Virus record (IMG/VR): IMGVR_UViG_2684623189_000005
Strand: one strand, 5' to 3'
DNA: 64,000 nt
Source: a virus
Taxonomy: Duplodnaviria > Heunggongvirae > Uroviricota > Caudoviricetes
How positions within the stretch are numbered: position 1 is the stretch's first letter; the number at the start of each line of letters is the position of its first letter. This document shows positions 17,426 to 30,572 of the stretch, piece by piece. Made by a program: the position numbers and the translations under genes. Under the pieces are notes generated by a model that searched no databases, was not told the DNA's origin, and saw nothing but the letters and a program-made list of their open reading frames with translations.

Positions 17426-18340
17426 ATGGGACGCACCAAATCACCCGTTAACACTGAACTGAATGTTGAGGTTCCGCTGTCAGATAACATCAATGTCAAT
17501 TTGAACGCTATGACACAGCATCGCATGGAAATTATGCAGCAGTTTGGTGATGGACTGCCTTATGAACGTGATCGCATTGTTCACGAAGCACGTTTTTATA
17601 TGGCGCAGAGTGCTGAATCTATGCTGGAAGCGGGTAAGCGGCTGATCATCTTAAAAGAAAATGAGCCACACGGTGATTTTACAAACATTTTAGAAAATGA
17701 ACTCGGACTTGCACCACAAGTTGCTCGCCGCATGATGCAAGCCAGTATGAAGTTTTTGGGAGAAGGTGATGAGCCAACAAAACGCTCAACGTTGAGCGTT
17801 TTGGGGAAAGCCAAACTGTACGACCTGATGGTTCTGGATAATGAAGAACTTGATGAATTGGCCGACGGCGGCACAGTTGCCGGCCTGACGCTTGACGACG
17901 TTGATCGCATGTCAGTACGTGAATTGCGTCAGGCCCTGCGCGAAGCGCGCGAAACCAACGCAGCACAACAGCGCGTACTCGCTGACAAAAATGAAAAAAT
18001 AGACTCACTCTCCACCAGACTGGAGAAGAAATCCCGTATTCAGCCGCCTGAGCCTGATGAAGAGGTTAAGAAGCTGCGGGCGGAAGTGACAGCATTAGCG
18101 GTTGAGGCGGAATCTGCTATCGCCGTTCGACTGTCCAGCGCTTTTGAGACGCTGTGCGCATATTGTGCTGAAAACATGATTGATACCCCCAGAGACTTCA
18201 TGGCAGGCCTGGTCTGTCAACTGGAAAGCACAGCGCGTAGCCTGCGCTCCACATTTGACCTGCCGGATGAGCCAACAGGCAATGCCGCGCCTTCATGGCT
18301 GACTGAGCCGACGCCACAGATTAACGGGCTGGAGGCATAA
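17426..18340 (+). CDS. hypothetical early protein
   Basis: 304-aa ORF immediately upstream of the transposase; no family recognised. Confidence 0.45.
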   Translation: MGRTKSPVNTELNVEVPLSDNINVNLNAMTQHRMEIMQQFGDGLPYERDRIVHEARFYMAQSAESMLEAGKRLIILKENEPHGDFTNILENELGLAPQVARRMMQASMKFLGEGDEPTKRSTLSVLGKAKLYDLMVLDNEELDELADGGTVAGLTLDDVDRMSVRELRQALREARETNAAQQRVLADKNEKIDSLSTRLEKKSRIQPPEPDEEVKKLRAEVTALAVEAESAIAVRLSSAFETLCAYCAENMIDTPRDFMAGLVCQLESTARSLRSTFDLPDEPTGNAAPSWLTEPTPQINGLEA

Positions 18341-18343
18341 CCA

Positions 18344-20113
18344 ATGAATGCTGCCCTGACTGAACGACTGGTTTATGTCGCCCGCGCGGCACGTGACGCG
18401 GGGCATGGTAAACGCGGTGCAATATACGACGCTGCCTGTGCTGAACTTGGCATGTCCCGCGCCACTCTGCTGCGCAGGCTGAAGGAGGTCTCTGTGACTG
18501 ATAAACGCAAAAAACGCGCTGATGCCGGACGCAGCGCCCTGACCCGCGACGAAGCCGCGCTGATATCTGCCACACTGCGTGAGGCCACCCGCAAGAACGG
18601 TAAACGCCTCTATTCCATCGCAGATGCAGTGGAAACCCTGCGGGCTAACGGCTTTATCACCGCAGGCAGAACAGATGAAACCACCGGTGAGTTTTTCCCG
18701 TTGTCTGAAGATGCCATCAGCCGTGCTCTGCGTAACTATGGCCTGCACCCGGAACAACTGGATGCTCCTGCACCGCATACCGAAGTGGCCAGTCTGCACC
18801 CCAATCATGTCTGGCAGATTGACGCCTCACTCTGCACGCTTTACTACCTGAGCAATGGACATAAAGGGCTGCAGGTGATGGACAGCGCGAAGTTCTACAA
18901 GAACAAGCCCGCTAACCTTGCCCGTATCGCCAGTGACCGCGTGTGGAGTTACGAGATTACCGACCATGCCAGCGGCTGGATTTACGTTGAGTATGTGACG
19001 GGCGCGGAATCAGGTGAGAACCTGTGTTCTGTGCTTATCAACGCCATGCAGGAGCGTGGCGGCGCAGACGTGCTGCACGGCGTGCCAAAAATACTCTATC
19101 TCGACCCCGGCTCGGCAAACACCGCGGGTATGACGAAAAACATGTGCCGCTCACTGGGCATCGACCTGATAGCGCACAAGCCGCATAACGCCCGCGCCAC
19201 CGGACAGGTGGAAAAGGCGCGGGACATTATCGAACGCAAGCTGGAGCCGGGTCTGAAGTTCCGGCCGGTTCACAGTCTGGAAGAACTCAATGCGCTGGCC
19301 GCGAAATGGCGCAGCCACTTTAACGCCACGGCTGTTCACAGCCGCCACGGTAAAACCCGCACGGATATCTGGCTGAAGATTACTGCTGAGCAGCTGAAAA
19401 AAGCGCCTTCCGTTGAGGTATGTCGTGAACTGGCTGTGGCGGCACCAGAACTCCGCAAAGTCACGCCAAAACTTCGTGTCTCGTTCCGGGGCACTGAATT
19501 TGACGTATCAACGGTACCGGGCGTACTGGTCGGTGAAAAACTGATGATTACCCGTAACCCGTGGCGCAGCGATGTGGCACAGGTGGTTCTGACCGGTGAG
19601 GACGGCCACGAGACGTTCTTCCTGGTCGAAGAAGTCAGAAAGAACGAGTTTGGCTTTGCTGAAGGCGCGGCGGTATTTGGCGAAAGTTACAAAGCCCTGC
19701 CGGAAACCCCGGCGCAGATGGCGGCAAAAGAAACCGAAGCGCTGGTCACCGGTACAGACAACGCCGCAGATGCAGCTGCCGCACGCAAGGCGAAGGCGCT
19801 GCCGTTCGGCGGGCGGCTTGACCCATATAAACATATTGATGACGCCACACTTCCGGCCTATATGCCGAAGCGAGGTCAGGCCTCTGACGTACGCGGGCCG
19901 CGCACTGAACAACGTCCCATGACTCATGTGGAGGCCGCGAAAGCCCTGCGCGATAAGTTCAGCGCCGACGGCCTTACCTGGACGCCGGAACATTACCGCC
20001 AGTTAACGGCACAGTATCCGGACGGCGTACCGGAAGCCGCACTGGATGAAGTCATGGCCACGCTGACCACGCCGGCCCGCAGCAGCGTTATCAGCATTGT
20101 TAACGGCAACTGA
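18344..20113 (+). CDS. Mu-type DDE transposase (MuA-like, rve/integrase core)
   Basis: 589 aa; candidate DDE residues in WQIDAS, YLDPGSANTAGM and HNARATGQVEKA; followed by MuB-like ATPase. Confidence 0.8.
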   Translation: MNAALTERLVYVARAARDAGHGKRGAIYDAACAELGMSRATLLRRLKEVSVTDKRKKRADAGRSALTRDEAALISATLREATRKNGKRLYSIADAVETLRANGFITAGRTDETTGEFFPLSEDAISRALRNYGLHPEQLDAPAPHTEVASLHPNHVWQIDASLCTLYYLSNGHKGLQVMDSAKFYKNKPANLARIASDRVWSYEITDHASGWIYVEYVTGAESGENLCSVLINAMQERGGADVLHGVPKILYLDPGSANTAGMTKNMCRSLGIDLIAHKPHNARATGQVEKARDIIERKLEPGLKFRPVHSLEELNALAAKWRSHFNATAVHSRHGKTRTDIWLKITAEQLKKAPSVEVCRELAVAAPELRKVTPKLRVSFRGTEFDVSTVPGVLVGEKLMITRNPWRSDVAQVVLTGEDGHETFFLVEEVRKNEFGFAEGAAVFGESYKALPETPAQMAAKETEALVTGTDNAADAAAARKAKALPFGGRLDPYKHIDDATLPAYMPKRGQASDVRGPRTEQRPMTHVEAAKALRDKFSADGLTWTPEHYRQLTAQYPDGVPEAALDEVMATLTTPARSSVISIVNGN

Positions 20114-20123
20114 GGAGGGATAC

Positions 20124-21290
20124 ATGCTGGTACTGAAGCAGCAACTGAAAGAGGCCCGTATTCCACAGGCGGTGGTGGCGAGAGCTGTCGATGTTTCTGA
20201 GGCCACGCTGGCCCAGATTGTGAATCATAACGCGTGGCCCCGCACCAGCCCCGGAGAAGTGCGCCGGCGTCTTGCGTCCTGGCTGGAAAGTCAGGGGATT
20301 GATACAACGAAGAGTTTTGATGCTGTACAGGGCGCGGCCACGCCCCGTACAGCGGGTACCACAGATAAAACGAGCCTCAGTGAGGAAGAGAATATGTTAC
20401 TCAAAAAACAGGTGTTATTTCCAGCAACCAAAAAAGCGTTTGGTCTTTTCCGTGACCCGTTCGCCGACGAAGCCATGCAGGGTTCTGATGATGTGTTCAC
20501 CACTCCGGACATTCGCTACGTGCGTGAGGCGCTGTACCAGACAGCCCGTCATGGTGGGTTTATGGCCGTCATCGGTGAGTCCGGTGCGGGTAAATCCACG
20601 CTGCGCCGTGACCTGACTGAACGTATCAACCGCGAGAATGCGCCGGTGATTGTTATCGAGCCATACATCATCGCTATGGAAGACAACGATGTGAAAGGGA
20701 AAACCCTGAAGGCAGCAGCGATTGCCGAAGCCATTATCAGTACCATCGCACCACTGGAAAGCATCAGACGCAGTCAGGACGCCCGCTTTCGCCAGCTGCA
20801 TCGCGTCCTGAAAGACAGCAGCCAGGCGGGGTTCAGCCACGTTCTGGTGATTGAGGAGGCCCACAGTCTGCCCATTCCGACACTGAAACACCTCAAACGC
20901 TTTTTTGAGCTGGAGTCCGGTTTCAAAAAACTGCTGTCCATCGTGCTGATTGGCCAGCCGGAACTGGCGACAAAACTGTCTGAACGCAATATGGAAGTCC
21001 GTGAAGTCGTTCAGCGCTGTGAGGTGGTCGAACTTCTGCCTCTGGACAATAACCTTGAAGAGTTTCTGACGTTCAAACTGCAACGGGCCGGTAAACAACT
21101 GACGGACATTATGGACGCCAGCGCAGTGGATGCCATACGTGCCCGCCTGAGCAATCCGGGAAGTCATCGTAAAAATATGGTCAGCCTGCTGTATCCGCTG
21201 GCCGTCAGTAACCTGGTAATAGCCGCCATGAATCTGGCCGCTGAAATCGGGGTTCCACAGGTCAACGCTGACGTTGTCAAAGGGGTTTAA
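20124..21290 (+). CDS. MuB-like transposition ATPase (AAA+)
   Basis: ATG at 20124 preceded by GAGGAGGG; Walker A GESGAGKST; directly downstream of the transposase. Confidence 0.75.
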   Translation: MLVLKQQLKEARIPQAVVARAVDVSEATLAQIVNHNAWPRTSPGEVRRRLASWLESQGIDTTKSFDAVQGAATPRTAGTTDKTSLSEEENMLLKKQVLFPATKKAFGLFRDPFADEAMQGSDDVFTTPDIRYVREALYQTARHGGFMAVIGESGAGKSTLRRDLTERINRENAPVIVIEPYIIAMEDNDVKGKTLKAAAIAEAIISTIAPLESIRRSQDARFRQLHRVLKDSSQAGFSHVLVIEEAHSLPIPTLKHLKRFFELESGFKKLLSIVLIGQPELATKLSERNMEVREVVQRCEVVELLPLDNNLEEFLTFKLQRAGKQLTDIMDASAVDAIRARLSNPGSHRKNMVSLLYPLAVSNLVIAAMNLAAEIGVPQVNADVVKGV

Positions 21291-21292
21291 TA

Positions 21293-21562
21293 ATGAAATC
21301 CACCACAGGTATCAACCAGCAAATCAGCAAAGTGCAGTCAGCCATTATGGCGCTTAAGGCGACGAACACGGATGTACAAAGCATCACCATCAGGGGTAAC
21401 AAACCTGTCATCCGCGTTTCCCGGAGTGCGCATTGCATGCGCATGCTTGAGCAGGGAAAGGCCTGTTATCTGTATACCGGACATGACCACAGGGGATATT
21501 TCCGTCAGGGCGTTTTCGAACTGCACGGCTGTCGCGTCGTGTGGCCGGAATCTTTGTGGTAA
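21293..21562 (+). CDS. hypothetical early protein
   Basis: 89-aa ORF tightly packed after the MuB-like gene. Confidence 0.4.
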   Translation: MKSTTGINQQISKVQSAIMALKATNTDVQSITIRGNKPVIRVSRSAHCMRMLEQGKACYLYTGHDHRGYFRQGVFELHGCRVVWPESLW

Positions 21563-21589
21563 TCAGCACAACTGGAGAAATCATAAAAA

Positions 21590-22120
21590 ATGGCAAAAAG
21601 TACAAAAGGTGCAAAACGTATCAAGGCCGCAGCAGCACTCTGGGTGCCGGGGACACGTGAAGAGGTCATTGAGGGAATCAGACTACTCGGTGACGCACAA
21701 CGTGAACTGGTCAGGGCTGAAACAGAAATGAATGACGCCATTGGCGATATCACCGCACGTTATGCCCCGCTCACCGAGAGCCTGAAAAAACGCATGGCCG
21801 AACTGCAGTCCGGTATTCAGACATGGTGTGAGGCACACCGTGATGAACTGACCGGCAACGGGAAGGTGAAGTTCGCTAACCTCACCACCGGCGAGGTGCA
21901 GTGGCGAAACCGTCCGCCATCAGTCAGTATCCGTGGGGCGGATAATGTTATTGAATTACTGAGACGTCTGGGGCTTGAGCGCTTTATTCGTGTAAAAGAG
22001 GAAATAAATAAAGACGCTATCCTGAATGAAAAAGAGGCCGTGAAAAATATTCCCGGTATTTCCATTAAAAGCGACATTGAGGATTTTTCAATAATTCCTT
22101 TTGAGCAGGATGTGCAGTAA
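21590..22120 (+). CDS. gam: Mu Gam-like host-nuclease inhibitor (DNA-end binding)
   Basis: 176 aa, MAKSTKGAKRIKAAAALWVPGTREEV... matches Mu-type Gam recollection. Confidence 0.65.
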   Translation: MAKSTKGAKRIKAAAALWVPGTREEVIEGIRLLGDAQRELVRAETEMNDAIGDITARYAPLTESLKKRMAELQSGIQTWCEAHRDELTGNGKVKFANLTTGEVQWRNRPPSVSIRGADNVIELLRRLGLERFIRVKEEINKDAILNEKEAVKNIPGISIKSDIEDFSIIPFEQDVQ

Positions 22121-22217
22121 ACACACCACGTTAATTATTTAATAAAAACATTTTCTTTTTTATTCCGGCGTCAGCGCCGCGGGCTTCTGCACGCCGGAAA
22201 CAGAGGAGAATTAAATC

Positions 22218-22412
22218 ATGATATTTAAATGTATTCAGTGCGAGAGGGATATAACAGCCCTGCGTTTTCACAGCGCCATCGCCGTGATGTCCGGTAAATA
22301 CCACATCCCTGCGGTACGCGTCACCCTGGTCTGCCCGTACTGCAGCCAGCATTTTTCGGCAGACGTGCCCGTCATGGAATTCTCCCGCCCTGACAGGGAG
22401 GACTCGCAATGA
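22218..22412 (+). CDS. small Cys-rich (zinc-ribbon-like) protein
   Basis: 64 aa with CxxC...CPYC spacing. Confidence 0.4.
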   Translation: MIFKCIQCERDITALRFHSAIAVMSGKYHIPAVRVTLVCPYCSQHFSADVPVMEFSRPDREDSQ

Positions 22413-22681
22413 TTACCCCACAGGAAGCACGACAGCGCACCCGAACCCTTGTTGAACACTATGTCAACGAGTGTGAATGCCGCGACCTCACCGATGTGAA
22501 GCACGTCCTGACGGCGCTAATCAGCATGACCGCTCAGGCCATTGTGGCGACCAACGGAAAGGCGGCTGCCCTGCAGGTACTGGTGAACACACTCACCCAC
22601 ACGGCAGAGCATGAGGTGCCGTACCGGATGGAAACCACTGCAGAAGGCGGCCTGCACATCACCGTCAGCCGGAAGCACTGA
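22409..22681 (+). CDS. hypothetical early protein
   Basis: 90-aa ORF with stop/start overlap to neighbours. Confidence 0.4.
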   Translation: MITPQEARQRTRTLVEHYVNECECRDLTDVKHVLTALISMTAQAIVATNGKAAALQVLVNTLTHTAEHEVPYRMETTAEGGLHITVSRKH

Positions 22682-22690
22682 GGGCGCGGC

Positions 22691-22987
22691 ATGACACGGA
22701 ACACCATACTCACCCGCACCGCCCTCTACCGTCTGGCCCTGCAGCGTTTCGGGCCGGACGCACAGGCCCTGAAACTGACAGAAGAGGCCGCTGAACTGGC
22801 GGCCAGTGCTGCCCGCAATCTGAACGGACAGGGCAGCGAAAGTGACCTCGCGGCAGAGCTGGCAGACGTGGAAATCATGACAGAGCAATTGCGCCTTCAG
22901 GGGATGGACCGGCTGATTGACTTCCACAAACAGAAAAAACTGGAACGTCTGGCTGCACGACTGGGCGTGATTTACACGAACGAGTAA
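22691..22987 (+). CDS. MazG-like nucleotide pyrophosphohydrolase (small all-alpha NTP-PPase)
   Basis: 98 aa with paired acidic motifs EEAAELAA and ELADVEIMTEQL, typical of MazG-type domains. Confidence 0.55.
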   Translation: MTRNTILTRTALYRLALQRFGPDAQALKLTEEAAELAASAARNLNGQGSESDLAAELADVEIMTEQLRLQGMDRLIDFHKQKKLERLAARLGVIYTNE

Positions 22988-23001
22988 CCGGGAGGCATTC
23001 A

Positions 23002-23217
23002 ATGGCTGACATACTCAGGGAAATCACCGCATGGACACTGATTCTTACTGGCCTGGCGACATGCCTCAGTGCGGGGGCAGCCCTGGCTGCCCTGCTGATG
23101 CACATAACAACACAGTGGTTATGGGAAAAGCTTAAAGCAGCATACAGCCTGAAAGAGCTGTCCGACGCTGTCCGGGCATGGAAACGGCAGAAAAATACCG
23201 GAGATACAGAACAATGA
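23002..23217 (+). CDS. small membrane protein
   Basis: 71 aa with TM LILTGLATCLSAGAALAALLM. Confidence 0.4.
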   Translation: MADILREITAWTLILTGLATCLSAGAALAALLMHITTQWLWEKLKAAYSLKELSDAVRAWKRQKNTGDTEQ

Positions 23218-23897
23218 CAGACCAGAATAAACACATTGAGAAACTGAAAAAGTTGCTGGCGCTGGCCGCATCCGGCAACCCGCACGAGGCCGCTCTGGCA
23301 CTGCGCCGAGCCCGTAAACTGATGGATGTTCACGGCATCACACATTCCGACATTGCTATGAGTGATATTGATGAAACCATCAGTCATTACTGGCCGACAG
23401 GCAGTCTCCGTCCACCGCGCTACATGCTGGGCCTGATGAACATCATCCGCGAGGCATTTGGTGTTAACTCCATCATTCACCCCGGCACGCATCCGTCTGT
23501 GGGGTTCTACGGTAACCGGGAACGAGCGGCACTGGCTGCGTACACCTGGGAAGTGCTGGTCCGCCAACTGAAAAAGGCGCGTCAGCAGTATATCAGCGCA
23601 CAGAACAAAAGAATAAAAAACGCCACCCGTACCAGCCGTGGAAACCAGTTTGCTGAAGGCTGGGTACTGGCCGTTATCAGTGAAATACAGTCCTTTGCCC
23701 TGACCGATGATGAGCGTGAACTGATGCAACAGTGGCTGGAACATAAATACCCGCAAACGCAAACCACCAGGGCGCGTAAACCGGGAAGAAGCCGCAATGG
23801 CGACGCCTCGCGCTATGCGGGGTTTCGTGAAGGGCAGAACGTCAGACTGCACCGCCCGGTCAGTGGGCAGGAACAACAGAAACTGGAGGCCAGATGA
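23214..23897 (+). CDS. hypothetical protein (DUF2786-like N-terminus)
   Basis: ATG overlaps upstream stop (ATGA); MTDQNKHIEKLKKLLALAASGNPHEAALALRRARKLM.... Confidence 0.45.
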   Translation: MTDQNKHIEKLKKLLALAASGNPHEAALALRRARKLMDVHGITHSDIAMSDIDETISHYWPTGSLRPPRYMLGLMNIIREAFGVNSIIHPGTHPSVGFYGNRERAALAAYTWEVLVRQLKKARQQYISAQNKRIKNATRTSRGNQFAEGWVLAVISEIQSFALTDDERELMQQWLEHKYPQTQTTRARKPGRSRNGDASRYAGFREGQNVRLHRPVSGQEQQKLEAR

Positions 23898-24124
23898 TTA
23901 CGCTATCAGGTAACAGCCGGAAATTAAAAGCCTGCCGAATATCTGCCAGATACCTTTTTGCCCGCGCCTTTTTTAAGAACGTCAGGCCGGGGATCACAAT
24001 TGGTGTTATTGCCGGACGCGAACAGGTTGAAAAATACATGTCAGGTGCATGGTGGAATAACGACCCTGTCATTGCTGCCCGTAATATTCATATCAGTTGG
24101 GGGGATATTCAGAATGACGGCTGA
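23894..24124 (+). CDS. hypothetical small protein
   Basis: 76-aa ORF overlapping neighbours at both ends. Confidence 0.35.
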   Translation: MITLSGNSRKLKACRISARYLFARAFFKNVRPGITIGVIAGREQVEKYMSGAWWNNDPVIAARNIHISWGDIQNDG

Positions 24125-24329
24125 ATCTGTTGTATGTGCCCTGTTCTGGTATTGTTTTGCCGGTTGGTGTACTGCTGAACTGCACCGCCGTTCAGGGTTT
24201 TATTCACGTTACAGTGGTGCCGGCTACTGGATTAGCTGGTCGGTGATGTTCCTGTGCTGGCCTGTGGCGCTTCCTTTATATGTCGATTATATCGGTGGCG
24301 CAGGTAAAAGGAGCAACGATGATGACTAA
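24114..24329 (+). CDS. small membrane protein
   Basis: Internal ATG overlapping the upstream stop; MTAESVVCALFWYCFAGWCTAEL... is hydrophobic. Confidence 0.35.
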   Translation: MTAESVVCALFWYCFAGWCTAELHRRSGFYSRYSGAGYWISWSVMFLCWPVALPLYVDYIGGAGKRSNDDD

Positions 24330-24771
24330 ACAACGTCTTATCCAGCTCATTCATATTGCCCGTAATGAACTGGGTATGGATGAAGACACCTACCGCCAGA
24401 TGTTACAGGGGCTGACCGGTAAAGCCTCAACCAAAGGAATGGATACCACACAACTAAACTGCGTGCTGGAATCCATGAAAAGGAAAGGCTTTCGCGTTAA
24501 GCCTGCCGGAAAAGCCAGCTCCGGTTTACCGCTGGATAACCATCCGCAGTCCAGGAAAATCCGTGCGCTATGGCTTGAAATGGCTGCTGCCGGCATTGTT
24601 CGTGACCGTTCAGAAAATGCATTAGCGCGGTGGATCAAGCGGGAAACGGGCATCAGCGCCCTGCGCTGGCTCAATACTGAACAGGCAAGCAGTGTTATTG
24701 AGAAACTGAAGAAGTGGCAGCACAGAGCTGCGGGAGTAAAACATGAGCGACCTGAATCAGTTTCGAAGTAA
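24319..24771 (+). CDS. gemA: GemA-like protein (Mu gp16 family)
   Basis: About 150 aa immediately upstream of Mor, as in Mu; SD AAAGGAG before tandem ATGs. Confidence 0.55.
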   Translation: MMTKQRLIQLIHIARNELGMDEDTYRQMLQGLTGKASTKGMDTTQLNCVLESMKRKGFRVKPAGKASSGLPLDNHPQSRKIRALWLEMAAAGIVRDRSENALARWIKRETGISALRWLNTEQASSVIEKLKKWQHRAAGVKHERPESVSK

Positions 24772-25132
24772 AGGGCCGGAACTCCTGGTGGAACTGGCAC
24801 AGCATACCTCTGAGACCGTTCGCGAGATTATTGATATTGAGCCCGCAATTGCCGACCAGATTGGTCAGGCCGTCGCGAACCGCATGATGCAGGTCTGGGG
24901 CGGGCAAAACGTTTATTTCCCGATGGGCATGGTATGGAAGGTCAGTCAGCGCGACCGGGAAATCTTCAGGGAGTTTAACGGACGTAACCACCATGAACTG
25001 GCCCGCAAATTTGGTGTTTCGCTTCAGTGGGTCTACAGCGTGGTTAAGCGGGTAAGAAAAGAAGAACTGGATCGGATGCAGGGCAAGCTATTTGCTGATG
25101 AACCCGATGTAGATACGGAGAAAAAAGAGTAA
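24743..25132 (+). CDS. mor: Mor-family transcriptional activator (Mu middle operon regulator)
   Basis: 129 aa; C-terminal region FNGRNHHELARKFGVSLQWVYSVVKRVRK matches the Mor/C pattern. Confidence 0.7.
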   Translation: MSDLNQFRSKGPELLVELAQHTSETVREIIDIEPAIADQIGQAVANRMMQVWGGQNVYFPMGMVWKVSQRDREIFREFNGRNHHELARKFGVSLQWVYSVVKRVRKEELDRMQGKLFADEPDVDTEKKE

Positions 25133-25161
25133 TATCTGCAATCAGGCTGGAGCGAGTTCTG

Positions 25162-28495
<3,334 letters not shown>

Positions 28496-28555
28496 TCCTC
28501 ATGCTCCATAAACGATAAAACCGCCCGGAGGCGGTTTCACATAAAACATTTTGCA

Positions 28556-29227
28556 TCAGCGACCAATCACCACAACCTGACCACCATCCCCTTCGTCTGC
28601 CGTGCTGATCTCCTGAGAAACCACGCGTGACCCCACGCGCATTTCACCGTACAGAACCGGCAGAACATTGCCCTGGGCAACCATGTTATCCAGTGAGGAG
28701 AAATAGGTGTTCTGTTTGCCGTTATCCGTTGTCTGTGTACGGGGAGTTCTGGCTTTCGGTGCCAGCATCTGCGCCACACCACCGAGCACCATACTGGCAC
28801 CGAGAGAAAACAGGATGCCGGTCATACCACCGGCCCCAATGGCTGCCCCCCATGCTGCAAGGGTGGCTCCGGCGGTAAAGAATGATCCGGCAATGGCGGC
28901 AGCCCCCAGGACAATCTGGAATACGCCACCTGACTTGGCCCCGGCGACTCTGGGAACAATATGAATCACAGCGCCATCAGGCAGAGTCTCATGTAACTGC
29001 GCCGTTAACCCGGACGTGCTGACGTCCCGCCCGGCAATCCGTACCTGATACCAGCCGTCGCTCAGTTTCTGACGAAACACCGGGAGCTGTGTGGCCAGTG
29101 CGCGGATGGCTTCAGCCCCCGTTTTCACACGAAGGTCGATGCGGCGGCCAAATCGTTGTAAATCCCCGTAAAGGCAGATGCGCGCCATGCCCGGTGACGC
29201 CAGAGGGAGTGTGTGCGTCGCTGCCAT
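28556..29227 (-). CDS. I: tail assembly protein I
   Basis: 223 aa between K and J; matches lambda I recollection. Confidence 0.8.
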   Translation of the reverse strand: MAATHTLPLASPGMARICLYGDLQRFGRRIDLRVKTGAEAIRALATQLPVFRQKLSDGWYQVRIAGRDVSTSGLTAQLHETLPDGAVIHIVPRVAGAKSGGVFQIVLGAAAIAGSFFTAGATLAAWGAAIGAGGMTGILFSLGASMVLGGVAQMLAPKARTPRTQTTDNGKQNTYFSSLDNMVAQGNVLPVLYGEMRVGSRVVSQEISTADEGDGGQVVVIGR

Positions 29228-29868
29228 TTGTCGGTATACCTCTCTCGTTTACTCAGTTGTTCAGGAATATGGTGCAGCAGCTCGCCGTCACCACAGTAAA
29301 TAGCGGCATGATTCGGCACCGATGAACCAAAGCAGCACAGCAGCACATCGCCCGGCTGCGCCGCTGACAACGGCACCTGATACAGCCCTGTGGCCTCCAG
29401 ATTATCAAGATAGAGATTCTGGCCGTTACGCCACCAGTCATCCTCACGATGAAAGTCCGGCATCTCAATCCCCGCCAGATGGTAAGCGTCCCGGAACAGC
29501 GTGTAACAGTCCGTCACCCCGTGCTCAAAGCGCCGCCCGGTGAGATGCGGCACACAGCGGAACTTATGAATCGCCCCCCGGCAGACCAGCCACCACGGCA
29601 AATCACTCTGCACCTGCAGCCGCCGGTCGGCCTCACTCAGCCAGGGCAGACCACCGGGATGACTGTGGACCAGCGCCACAATCTCACCCTGCATCTCTGC
29701 CTGCAGCCAGTCCTCCGGAGCCATCCGGAAATACGCCTCCGGCTCACCGGAGATATTCACGCAGGGAAAATATCTTTCCCCCTCCGGCGCTCTCACCACG
29801 AAGCCGCACGACTCCGCTGGCGCACATCGCCGGGCATGCGCCAGAATCGCTGATTCTGTCTCTGTCAT
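29125..29868 (-). CDS. K: tail assembly protein K (JAB/NlpC-P60 type)
   Basis: 247 aa; MTETESAILAHARRCAPAESCGFVV... matches lambda K; 3' end overlaps I as in lambda. Confidence 0.85.
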   Translation of the reverse strand: MTETESAILAHARRCAPAESCGFVVRAPEGERYFPCVNISGEPEAYFRMAPEDWLQAEMQGEIVALVHSHPGGLPWLSEADRRLQVQSDLPWWLVCRGAIHKFRCVPHLTGRRFEHGVTDCYTLFRDAYHLAGIEMPDFHREDDWWRNGQNLYLDNLEATGLYQVPLSAAQPGDVLLCCFGSSVPNHAAIYCGDGELLHHIPEQLSKRERYTDKWQRRTHSLWRHRAWRASAFTGIYNDLAAASTFV

Positions 29869-29873
29869 GGGAT

Positions 29874-30572
29874 TTACTGCGAAAGTTTGTTAATGGAAAG
29901 GAAGCCGCCAAAGTTGCCGACGTTATTGCGAAACTTACAGCCGCTCAGGCATTTGCTGCATTTATCCTTCGTGATATCGGAAGTCGGCTGATCATATTCA
30001 TCCGCGACCGCCGGACCGTGATAACCGCACTCATCACCGCGATAGGTCCAGGTGCAGGTATTAGCCAGCATGATGCGCCCCGGAAAAACGGCACCATCCG
30101 TTTCCGTCGGTGTGGACAGTACAAAGGAGGCACTGACCGCACTCAGTTCGCTGCACTGCTCGATGCGCCAGCGGCTGATCACCTCCTGCTCCGGATCGGC
30201 GTCGCTGTTTCCGTTGACGAAGTTCACCGCATCCAGAAAACGGGCGTAAACCTTACGCCTGACCACCGTTCCGCCGACCAGACTCTGCAGATCTTCCACC
30301 ATCCCGGTGACCATACCGTACAGGTTAGAAACCGTCAGCGTGGGGCGCGTACTGGTGCCTTTGCCATTCAGTTCAAAACTACTCCCCTGAATGGGATACG
30401 GCTGATACTGTCGCCCCTGCCAGGTGACCGGCTCACCTTTTTCGTTCTGCTCATTACAGAAAAAATAACGTTCTCCACCGACCTCTGTCAGATCGATTTC
30501 CCAGAGCACCACGCTGGCCGACTGCTCCGCACGGGTGCATTCATTCAATGTTTCCTGCCGGATATCCTGCAT
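29874..30572 (-). CDS. L: minor tail protein L
   Basis: 232 aa; lambda L position and sequence character. Confidence 0.85.
   Translation of the reverse strand: MQDIRQETLNECTRAEQSASVVLWEIDLTEVGGERYFFCNEQNEKGEPVTWQGRQYQPYPIQGSSFELNGKGTSTRPTLTVSNLYGMVTGMVEDLQSLVGGTVVRRKVYARFLDAVNFVNGNSDADPEQEVISRWRIEQCSELSAVSASFVLSTPTETDGAVFPGRIMLANTCTWTYRGDECGYHGPAVADEYDQPTSDITKDKCSKCLSGCKFRNNVGNFGGFLSINKLSQ

Noticed and set aside
18293-18808. 171-aa minus-strand ORF
   Set aside because: Antisense to the transposase 5' region.
18344-20113. DDE transposase as an insertion sequence
   Set aside because: It sits in a Mu-type early operon with MuB, Gam, GemA and Mor and has no flanking short inverted repeats; it is the phage transposase, not an IS.
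20415-21167. 250-aa minus-strand ORF
   Set aside because: Antisense to the MuB-like ATPase gene.
22165-22197. Inverted repeat CCGGCGT...ACGCCGG after Mu-like gam
   Set aside because: Long irregular loop and no following T-tract on either strand; not called as a terminator.
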